From NCBI RefSeq assembly GCF_009914755.1, contig NC_060930.1: DNA of 64,000 bases. One strand, written 5' to 3'. Shown here piece by piece: positions 1-13,234 of the stretch. The notes beneath the pieces are model-generated. The model was given only the letters and a program-made list of their open reading frames with translations, did no database searches and was not told the DNA's origin. The position numbers were made by a program, and so were the translations under genes. Every line of letters begins with the position of its first letter. Positions within the stretch are counted from its first letter, which is position 1. Source of the DNA: the human T2T-CHM13v2.0 reference genome, Homo sapiens.

Positions 1-598
1 TTTCCTGAATCTGAATGTTGGCCTGCCTTGCTGGATTGGGGAAGTTCTCCCGGATAATATCCTGCAGAGTGTTTTCCAACTTGGTTCCATTCTCGCCGTC
101 ACTTTCAGGTACACCAATCAGACGTAGATTTGGTCTTTTCCCATAGTCCCATATTTCTTGGAGGCTTTGTTCATTTCTTCTTATTCTTTTTTCTCTAAAC
201 TTCCCTTCTCACTTCATTTCATTCATTTCACCTTCCATCACTGATACCCTTTCTTCCAGTTGATGGAATCAGCTCCTGAGGCTTCTGCATTCTTCATGTA
301 GTTCTCAAGCCTTGGCTTTCAGCTCCATCAGCTCTTTTAAGCACTTCTCTGTATTGGTTATTCTAGTTATACATTTGTCTAATTTTTTTTCAAAGTTTTC
401 AACTTCTTTGCCTTTGGTTTGAATTTCCTCCTGTAGCTCAGAGTAGTTTGATCATCTGAAGTCTTTTTCCCTCAACACGTCAAAGTCATTCTCCATCCAG
501 CTTTGTTTTGTTGCTGGTGAGGAACTGCATTCCTTTGGTGGAGGAGAGGCACTCTGCTTTTTAGAGTTTCCAGTTTTTCTGCTCTGTTTTTTCCCCAT
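1..598 (-). pseudogene. L1 ORF1p N-terminal part, inactivated
   Basis: ATG at 598 reads MGKKQSRKTGNSKKQSASPPPKECSSSPATKQSWMENDFDVLREKDFR*, with TGA at 454-452 (codon 49). Downstream remnants (NLARQANIQIQE-like) lie near the window start. Confidence 0.9.
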
Positions 599-725
599 CT
601 TTGTGGTTTTATCTATTTTTGGTCTTTGATGATGGTGGTGTACTGATGGGTTTTTGGTGTAGATGTCCTTTCTGTTGTTAGTTTTCCTTCTAACAGACAG
701 GACACCCAGCTGCAGGTCTGTTGGA

Positions 726-853
726 GTTTGCTAGAGGTCCACTCCAGACCCTGTTTGCCTGGGTACCAGCAGCAGTGGCTACAGAACAGCGGATTTTCAT
801 GAACAGTGAACACTGCTGTCTAATCGTTCCTCTGGACGTTTTGTCTCAGAGGA
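726..853 (-). promoter_or_regulatory. ~128-bp 5'UTR segment matching the ZNF93-bound region lost in younger L1PA3/PA2/HS
   Basis: Present between GCAGGTCTGTTGGA and GTACCCAGCCGTGTGAGG here. In the second L1 the flanks are directly joined (12431-12460 GCAGGTCTGTTGTAATACCCTGCCATGTGA). Size and position match the known 129-bp deletion. Confidence 0.8.
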
Positions 854-1178
854 GTACCCAGCCGTGTGAGGTGTCATTCTGCCCCTTCAGGGGGGTGCCT
901 CCCTGTTAGGCTGCTCTGTGGTCATTAGTCAGGGACTCACTTCAGGAGGCAGTCTGCCCATTCTCAGATCTCCATCTGTGTGCTGGAGAACCACTGTTCT
1001 CTTCAAAGCTGTCAGAAAGGGACATTTAAGTCTACAGAGGTTTCTGTTGTCTTTTTGCTTGTCTGTGCCCTGCCTCCAGAGGTGGAGCCTAAGAGGCAGG
1101 CAGGCCTCCTTGAGCTGTGGTGGGTTCCACCCAGTTTGAGCTTCCTGGCTACTTTATTTACCAAAGCAATCCTTGGCA

Positions 1179-1395
1179 ATGGCAGACCCCACTCCCCCAG
1201 CCTTGCTGCCGCCTTGCAGTTTGATCTCAGACTGCTGTGTCAGCAATCAGTGAGACTCCATGGACTTAGGATCCTCTGAGCCATGTGCAGGATATAATCT
1301 CCTGGTGCACCGTTTTTTAAGCCCTTCAGAAAAGCGCAGTGTTGGGGTCGAAGTGACCCAGTTTTCCAGGTGCTGTCTGTCACCCCTTTCTTTGA
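1179..1395 (+). pseudogene. L1 ORF0 homolog, truncated
   Basis: ATG at 1179 reads MADPTPPALLPPCSLISDCCVSNQ*, with TGA at 1251-1253 where the intact copy has CGA (Arg). The homologous natural stop is at about 1393-1395. Confidence 0.8.
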
Positions 1396-4300
1396 CTAGG
1401 AAAGGGAACTCCCTGACCCCTTGCACTTCCTGAGTGAGGCAATGCCTCACCCTGCTCTGGATCATGCATGGTGCACTGCACCCACAGTACTGAACCCACT
1501 GTCTGGCACTCCCTAGTGCTATGAACCTGGTACCTCAGGTGGAAATGCAGAAATCACCCATCTCTGCATAGCTCACGCTGGGAGATGTAGACTGGAGCAG
1601 TTCCTATTCAACCATTTGGCGCTGTCACATGAGCCTTTCTTTTGATTGAGCAGTTTGGAAACACTCTTTTTGTAGTATCTGCAAATGAATATTTGGAGTG
1701 CTTTGAAGCCTACAGCTGAAAAGGAAATATCTTCACATAAAAACTAGACAGAAGAATTCTGAGAAACTTCTTTGTGATGTGTGCATTCATCTCACAGAGT
1801 TGAACGTTTCTTTTGATTGAGCAGTTTTGAAACACTCTTTTTGTAGAATCTGCAAGTGCATATTTGGAGTGCTTTGCAGCCTATGGTGGATAAGGAAATA
1901 ACTTTACATAAAAGCTAGACAGAAGCATTCACAGAAACTTCTTTGTGATATGGCCTTCCAACTCACAGAGTTGAACAGTTCTTTTGATTGAGCAGTTTGG
2001 AAACACTCTTTTTATAGTATCTGCAAATGGATATTTGGAGTGCTTTGAGGCCTACAGCTGAAAAGGAAATATCTTCACATAAAAAACAGACAGAAGCATT
2101 CTGAGAAACTTCTTTGTGATGTGCGCATTCATCTCACAGAGTTGAAACTTTCTTTTGATTGAGCAGTTTGGAAACACTCTTTTTGTAGTATCTGCATATG
2201 GATATTTTCAGCGCTTTGGGACCTATACCTGAAAAGAAAATATCTTCACATAAAAACTAGAGAGAAGCATTCTGAGAAACCACTTTGTGATGTGTACATT
2301 CATCTCACAGAGTTGAACCTTTCATTTCATTGAGCAGTTTTGAAACACTGTTTTTGTAGAATCAGCAAGTGGATATTTGGAGCACTTTGATGCCTATGGT
2401 GGAAAAGGAAATATCTTCACATACAAACTAGGCAGAAGCATTCTGAGAAAGTTTTTGTGATGTGTGCATTCAACTCACAGAGTTGAAACTTTCTTTAGAC
2501 TAGCAGTTTCGGAGCACTCTTTTTGTAGTATCTGCAAATGGATATTTGGAGTGTTTTGAGACCTTTGGCTGAACAGGAAATATCTTCACATGAAAACTAG
2601 ACAGAAGCATTCTGAGAACCTTCTTTGTGATGAGTGCATTCATCTCACAGAGTTGAACGTTTCTTTTGGTCGAGCAGCTTTGAAAGACTCTTTTTGTAGT
2701 GTCTGCAAGTGGATACTTGGAGCGCTTTGAGGCCTATGGTGGAAAAGGAAATATATTCACATAAAAACTAGACAGAAGCATTCTCAGAAACTTTTCTGTG
2801 ATGTGTGCATTCAACTCACAGAGTTAAACCTCTCTTTTGACAGAGCAGTTTTGAAACTCTCTTTTTGTACAATCTGCAAGTGGATATTTGGAGTGCTTTG
2901 TGTCCTATGGTGCGAAAGGAAATATCTTCACATAGAGATAAGACAAAAGCTTTCCCGGAAACTTATTTGTGATGTGTGCATTCAACTCACAGGGTAGAAC
3001 CATTCTTTTGATAGAGCAGTTTCGAAACACTCTTTTTGTAGAATCTGCAAGTGGATATTTGGAGCGCTTTGAGGTCTACGAGATGGTAGCATTCAACTCA
3101 TAGACTTGAATCTTTCTTTTGATTGAGCTGATTGAAATACTCTTTTTGTAGAATCTGCAAGTGTTTCCACATATTTGGAGCACTTTGAGGCCTGTGTTGG
3201 AAAAGGAAATATCTTCACATAAAAACTCAATGGAAGCATTCTCAGAATCTTCTTTGAGATTTATGTATTCAACTCACAGTGTTGAATCTTTCTTTTGATA
3301 GAGCAGTTTTGAAACACTCTTTTTGTAGATTCTGCAATGAATATTTGGACTGATTTGAGGCCTATGGCAGAAAAGGAAATATCTTCACATAAAAACTAAA
3401 CAGAAGCACTCTCAGAAACTTCTTTCTGATGTCTGCATTCAACTCACAGAGTTGAACCATTCTTTTGATAGAGCAGCTTTGAAGCTCTCTTTTTGTAGAA
3501 AATGCAAGTGGATATTCAGATCGATTTGAGGCATACGTTGGAAAAGGAACTGTCTTCACATAAGAACTAGACAGAAACATTCTCAGACACTACTTTGTGA
3601 TGTGTGCATTCAACTCCAAGTGTTGAACAATTCTTTTCATAGAACAGTTTTGAAACACTCTTTTTGTAGAAAATGCAAGTGGATATTTGGAGGGCTTTCA
3701 GGCCTATGGTGGAAAAGGAAATGTCTTCATATAAAATCTAGACAGAAGCACTCTCAGAAACTTTTTGTGATGTGTGCATTCAACTCCAAGTGTTGAAACT
3801 TTCTTTTCTTAGAGCCGTTTTGAAACACTCCTTTGTAGAAACTGCAAGTGGATATTTGGAGCGCTTTGAGGCCTATGACGGAAAACGAAATATCTTCACA
3901 TAAAAACTAGACAAAAGCTTTCATAGAAAGTTCTTTGTGATGTGTGCGTTCAACTCACAGAGTTGAACCTTTCTTTTGAAAGAGCAGTTTTGAAACACTC
4001 TTTTTGTAGAATCTGCAAGTGGATATTTGGAGCGCTTTGAGGCCTATGGTAGATAAGGAAATATCTTCATATAGACACTAGACAAAAGCATTCACAGAAA
4101 CTTCTTTGGGATATGTGCACTCAACTCACAGAGTTCAACATTTCATTTGACAGACCAGTTTTGAAAAACCCATTTTGTAGAATCTGCAAGTGGATATTTG
4201 GAGCGATCTGAGGCCTATTGTGGAAAAGGAAATATCTTCACATAATAACTAGACAGAAACATTCTCCCAAACTTCTTTGTGATGTGTGCATTCAACTCAC

Positions 4301-7119
4301 AGAGTTAAACATTTCTTTTGATTGAGCAGTTTTGAAACACTCTTTTTGTAGTATCTGCAAGTGGATATTTGGAGCACTTTGAGGCCTATGTTGGAAATGG
4401 AAATATCTTCACATAAAAACTAGACAGAAGCATTCTCTGAAACTTCTTTGTGATGTGTACATTCAACTCACAGAGTTCAACCTTTCTTTTGATAGAGCAG
4501 CTTAGAAACACTCTTTTTTTTAGAATCTGCAAGAGGATATTTGCAGCGATTTGAGGCCTATTGTGGAAAAGGAAGTATCTTCACATAAAAACTAGAAAAA
4601 AGCATTCTCAGAAATTTCTTTGGGATGTGTGCATCCCACTCATGGTGTTGAACGTTTCTTTTGATAGAGCAGTTTAGAAACACTCTTTTTTTTTGAGAAT
4701 CTGCAAGTGGATATTTGGAGCAATTTGAGGCCTATTGTGGAAAAGGAAATATCTTCACATAAAAACTAAACAGAAGCATTGTCAGAAACTTCTTTGTGAT
4801 GTGTGCATTCAACTCACAGAGTTGAACCATTCTTTTGATAGAGCAGTTTTGAAACTCTCTTTTTGTAGAGAATGCAAGTGGATATTTGGAGCGCTTTGAG
4901 GCCTGTGGTGGAAAAGGAAATATCTTCAAATAAAAACTGGACAGAAGCAGTCTCCGAAACTTCTTTGTGATGTGTGTATTAAACTCACAAAGTTCAACCT
5001 TTCTTTTGAGAGAGCAGTTTTAAAACACTCTTTTTGTAGAATCTACAAGTGGATATTTGGAGCTCTTTGAGGCCTGTGGTGGAAAAGGAAATATCTTCAC
5101 ATAAAAACTAGATAAAAGCATTCTCAGAAACTTCTTTGGGATGTGTGCATCCCACTCACAGTTTTGAATCTTTCTTTTGATAGAGCAGTTTAGAAACACT
5201 CTTTTTTTTTAGAATCTGCAAATGGATATTTACAGCGATTTGAGGCCTACTGTGGAAAAGGAAATATCTTCACATAAAATCTAGACAGAATCATTGTCAG
5301 AAACTTCTTTGTGATGTGTGCATTCAACTCACAGAGTTGAACCATACTTTTGATAGAGGAGTTTTGAAACTCTCTTTTTGTAAAGAATGCAAGTGGATAT
5401 TTGGAACGTTTTGAGGCCTGTGGTGGAAAAGGAAATATCTTCACATAAAAACCAGACAAAAGCATTCTCAGTAACTTCTTTGTGATGTGTGAATTCAAAT
5501 CTCAGTGTTGAACCTTTCTTTTGATGGAGCAGTTTTGAAACAATCTTTTTGTATAATCTGCAAGTGAATATTTTGAGCGCTATGAGCACTATGGTGGAAA
5601 AGGAAATATCTTCACATAAAAAGTATACAGAAACTTTCTCAGAAAATTCTTTGTGATATGTGCATTCAACTCACAGAATTGAAACTTTCTTTGATTCAGC
5701 GGTTTGGAACACTACTTTTGTAGTATCTGCTAGTGGATATTTCAAACTGATTGAGTGCTGTGGTGGAAAAGGAAATATCTCCATATAAAAACTAAAGAGA
5801 TGCATTTTGAGAAACTTCTCTGTGTTATGTGCACTCAAATCACAGAGTTGAACCTTGTTTTGATAGAGTAGTTTTGAAACAGTCTGTTTGTATAATCTGC
5901 AAGTGAATATTTGGAGCGCTTTGAGCACTATGGTGGAAAAGGAAATATCTTCACATAAAAACTAGATGGAAGCATTGTCAGAAACTTATTTGGGATTTGT
6001 GCATTCAACTCACAGTGTTGAACCTTTCTTTTGATTGAGCAGTTTTGAAACACTCTTTTTCTAGATTCTGCAATGAATATTTGGAGAGATTGGAGGCCTA
6101 GGGCGATAAAGGAAATATCTTCCCATAAAAACTAGACAGAAGCACTCTCAGAAACTTCTTTGTGATGTGTGCATTCAACTCACAGAGTTGAACCATTCTT
6201 TTGATAGACCCGTTTTGAAACTCTTTTTGTAGAAAATGCAAGTGGATATTTGGAGTGATTTGCAGCATATGGTGGAAAAGGAAGTATGTTCACATAAGAA
6301 CTAGACAGAAGCATTCTCAGACACTTCTTTGTGATGTGTGCATTCAACTCCAAGTGTTGAACAATTCTTTTCATGAAGCAGTTTTGAAACACTCTTTTTG
6401 CAGAAAATGCAATTGGATATTAGGAGCGCTTTGGGGCCTATGGTGGAAAATGATATATCTTCACATAAAAACTAGACAGAAGCACTCTCAGAAAATTTTT
6501 TTGATGTGTGCATTCGACCTCAAGTGTTGAATCTTTCTTTTCATAGAGCAGTTTTGAAACACTATTTTGTAGAATCTGCAAGTGGATATTTGGAGTGCTT
6601 TGAGGCCTATGGGGTAAAGGAAATATCTTCACATAAAAACTAGACAAAAGCATTCACAGAAAGTTCTTTGTGATGTGTGCATTCAACTCACAAAATTGAA
6701 CCTTTTATTTTGAAAGAGCAGTTTTGAAACACTCTTTTTGTAGAATCTGCAGGTGGATATTTGCAGTGCTTTGAGGCCAATGGTAAGAAAGGAATTATCT
6801 TCATATGAAAAGTAGACAGAAGAATTTTCAGAAACCTCATTGTGATGTGTGCATTCAACTCACAGAGTTGAATCTTCCTTTTGATAGAGAAGTTTGGAAA
6901 CACTCTTTTGGTAGAATCTGCCAGTGGATATTTGGAGCCCTTTGAGTTCTATTGTAGAAAAGGAAATATCTTCACATAAAAACTAGACTGAAACATTCTC
7001 AGAAAGTTCTTTCTGATGTGTGCATTCAACTAACAGAGTTAAAGATTCCTTTTGATAGAGAAGTTTTGAAACACTCTTTTTGTCGAATCAGAAAGTGGAT
7101 ATTTGGACCGCTTTGAGGC

Positions 7120-7136
7120 TTTCGTCGGAAACGGGA
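7120..7136 (+). other. CENP-B box (intact core)
   Basis: TTTCGTCGGAAACGGGA matches nTTCGnnnnAnnCGGGn. Confidence 0.85.
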
Positions 7137-7211
7137 ATATCTTCACATAAAAACTAGGAATAAGCATTCTCAGGAACTCCTTTGAGATGTGTGCATTCAA
7201 TTCACAGACTT

Positions 7212-7224
7212 GAATCTTTCTTTT
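7212..7224 (+). repeat. Target-site duplication of the full-length L1, left copy
   Basis: GAATCTTTCTTTT, identical to 13222-13234. The right edge is ambiguous because it merges with the poly(T). Confidence 0.9.
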
Positions 7225-7445
7225 TTTTTTCTTTTTTTTTATTATACTTTAAGTTTTAGGGTACATGTGCACAACGTGCAGGTTGGTTTCATATGTATAC
7301 AAGTGCCATGCTGGTGTGCTGCACCCACTAACTCATCATCTAGCATTAGGTATATCTCCCAATGCTATCACTCCCCCCTCCCCCCACCCCACCACAATCC
7401 CCAGAGTGTGATATTCCCCTTCCTGTGTCCATGTGATCTCATTGT
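7225..7445 (-). other. L1 3'UTR with G-rich tract and poly(A) tail
   Basis: Ends ...CCTAAAACTTAAAGTATAATAAAAAAAAAGAAAAAA. G-rich tract GGGGATTGTGGTGGGGTGGGGGGAGGGGGGAG at ~7371-7402 (minus strand). Confidence 0.9.
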
Positions 7446-11239
<3,794 letters not shown>

Positions 11240-11301
11240 TATGTGTTAGCTGGTTATTTTGCTCGTTAGTTGATGCAGTTTCTTCCTAGTCTTGATGGTC
11301 T

Positions 11302-12316
11302 TTACATTTTGGCATGATTTTGCAGCGGCTGGTACCGGTTGTTCCTTTCCATGTTTAGCGCTTCCTTCAGGAGCTCTTTTAGGACAGGCCTGGTGTTGAC
11401 AAATCTCTCAGCATTTGCTTGTCTGTAAAGTATTTTATTTCTCCTTCACTTATGAAGCTTAGTTTGGCTGGATATGAAATTCTGGGTTGAAAATTCTTTT
11501 CTTTAAGAATGTTGAATATTGGCCCCCACTCTCTTCTGGCTTGTAGAGTTTCTGCTGAGAGATCTGCTGTTAGTCTGATGGGCTTCCCTTTGAGGGTAAC
11601 CCGACCTTTCTCTCTGGCTGCCCTTAACATTTTTTCCTTCATTTCTACTTTGGTGAATCTGACAATTATGTGTCTTGGAGTTGCTCTTCTCGAGGAGTAT
11701 CTTTGTGGTTTTCTCTGTATTTCCTGAATCTGAATGTTGGCCTGCCTTGCTAGATTGGGGAAGTTCTCCTGGATAATATCCTGTAGAGTGTTTTCCAACT
11801 TGGTTCCATTCTCCACATCACTTTCAGGTACACCAATCAGACATAGATATGGTCTTTTCACATAGTCCCATATTCTTGGAGGCTTTGCTCATTTCTTTTT
11901 ATTCTTTTTTCTCTAAACTTCCCTTCTCACTTCATTTCAGTCGTTTCATCTTCCATTGCTGATACCCTTTCTTCCAGTTGATGGCATCATCTCCTGAGAC
12001 TTCTGCATTCTTCACATAGTTCTTTAGCCTTGGTTTTCAGCTCCATCAGCTCCTTTAAGCACTTCTCTGTATTGGTTATTCTAGTTATATATTCTTCTAA
12101 ATGTTTTTCAAAGTTTTCAACTTCTTTGCCTTTGGTCTGAATGTCCTCCTGTAGCTCAGAGTAGTTTGATCATCTGAAGCCTTCTTCTCTCAGCTCGTCA
12201 AAGTCATTCTCCATCCAGCTTTGTTCCGTTGCTACTGAGGAACTGCGTTCCTTTGGAGGAGGAGAGGCGCTCTGCTTTTTAGAGTTTCCAGTTTTTCTGT
12301 TCTGTTTTTTCCCCAT
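11302..12316 (-). pseudogene. L1 ORF1p (RNA-binding protein), disrupted
   Basis: ATG at 12316 (MGKKQNRKTGNSKKQSASPPPKERSSS). TGA at codon 49 (12172-12170). 1-bp deletions near 11872 and 11400. Track fragment 11379-11861 covers the RRM/CTD (RHIIVRFTK, ARREWG, YPAKLSF). Natural end PLQNHAKM-TAA at 11304-11302. Confidence 0.93.
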
Positions 12317-13221
12317 CTTTGTGGTTTTATCTACTTTTGGTCTTTGATGATGGTGATATACAGATGGGTTTTTGGTGTGGATGTCCTTTCTCTTTGTTAG
12401 TTTTCCTTCTAACAGACAGGACCCTCAGCTGCAGGTCTGTTGTAATACCCTGCCATGTGAGGTGTCAGTGTGCCCCTGCTGGGGGTGCCTCCCAGTTAGG
12501 CTGCTCGGAGTTCAGGGGTCAGGGACCCACTTGAGGAGGCAGTCTGCCTGTTCTCAGATCTCCAGCTGCATGCTGGGAGAACCACTGCTCTCTCCAAAGC
12601 TATCAGACAGGGACATTTAAGTCTGCAGAGGTTACTGCTGTCTTTTTGTTTGTCTGTGCCCTACCCCAGAGGTGGAGCCTACAGAGACAGGCAGGCCTCC
12701 TTGAGCTGTGGTGGGCTTCACCCAGTTAGAGCTTCCCGGCTGCTTTGTTTACCTAAGCAAGCCTGGGCAATGGCGGGCGCTCCTCCCCCTGCCTCGCTGC
12801 CACCTTGCAGTTTGATCTCAGACTGCTGTGCTAGCAATCAGCGAAACTCTGTGGGCATAGGACCCTCCCAGCCAGGTGCGGGATATAATCTTGTGGTGTG
12901 CCGTTTTTTAAGCCGGTCAGAAAAGCTCAGTATTCGGGTGGGAGTGACCCGATTTTCCAGGTGCGTCCGTCACCCCTTTCTTTGACTCGGAAAGGGAACT
13001 CCCTGACCCCTTGCACTTCCCAAGTGAGGCAATGTCTCGCCCTGCTTCAGCTCGCGCATGGTGCACACACCCACTGACCTGCGCCCACTGTCTGGCACCC
13101 CCTAGTGAGATGATCCCGGTACCTCGGATGGAACTGCAGAAATCACCCTTCTTCTGCATCGCTCACGCTGGGAGCTGTAGACTAGAGCTGTTCCTATTCA
13201 GCCATCGTGGCTCCTCCCCCC
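12317..13221 (-). promoter_or_regulatory. L1 5'UTR sense and antisense promoter, short (~905 bp) form
   Basis: Complete to the terminal G-run and CpG-richer than its surroundings. The YY1 site has substitutions (plus strand GCCATCGTGG at 13201 vs GCCATCTTGG). Confidence 0.88.
12770..12985 (+). CDS. L1 ORF0 (primate antisense ORF, 71 aa), intact reading frame; expression not shown
   Basis: GCAATGG Kozak context. Reads MAGAPPPASLPPCSLISDCCASNQRNSVGIGPSQPGAGYNLVVCRFLSRSEKLSIRVGVTRFSRCVRHPFL*, the last 71 aa of track ORF 12650-12985. Splice-donor motifs CAG|GTGCGG (GT at 12876) and CAG|GTGCGT (GT at 12961) are retained. Confidence 0.8.
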   Translation: MAGAPPPASLPPCSLISDCCASNQRNSVGIGPSQPGAGYNLVVCRFLSRSEKLSIRVGVTRFSRCVRHPFL

Positions 13222-13234
13222 GAATCTTTCTTTT
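13222..13234 (+). repeat. Target-site duplication of the full-length L1, right copy
   Basis: GAATCTTTCTTTT followed by GATACAGCAG, resuming the interrupted monomer. The implied nick TTTT/GA is a variant of the L1 EN consensus TTTT/AA. Confidence 0.9.

Larger units (their letters stand above)
1..1629 (-). mobile_element. LINE-1 5' portion (5'UTR plus start of ORF1), older L1PA (L1PA4-like or long-form L1PA3); continues left of the window
   Basis: The reverse complement gives an L1 5'UTR followed by ATGGGGAAAAAACAGAGCAGAAAAACTGG (MGKKQSRKTG). It is colinear with 11720-13221 but has an extra ~128 bp at 726-853. The 5' end is degenerate around 1611-1629, where alpha satellite begins. Confidence 0.95.
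599..1629 (-). promoter_or_regulatory. L1 5'UTR internal Pol II promoter / antisense promoter region, long (~1030 bp) form
   Basis: Lies between the ORF1 ATG and the element 5' end. Its length equals the ~905-bp UTR of the second L1 plus ~128 bp. The YY1 motif is degenerate (ACCATTTGG instead of GCCATCTTGG). Confidence 0.85.
1630..7224 (+). repeat. Alpha satellite, divergent monomeric, ~33 monomers, nearly all A-type (pJalpha box)
   Basis: Tandem ~171-bp units CATTCTCAGAAAC...GAGCAGTTTTGAAACACTC...GGCCTATGGTGGAAAAGGAAATATC...AACTAGACAGAAG. No B-type box was seen until 7120. Confidence 0.97.

Noticed and set aside
12650-12769. 40-aa N-terminal extension of ORF0 (111-aa track ORF)
   Set aside because: It begins at TTG. 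The ATG in strong Kozak context at 12770 gives the standard 71-aa ORF0.
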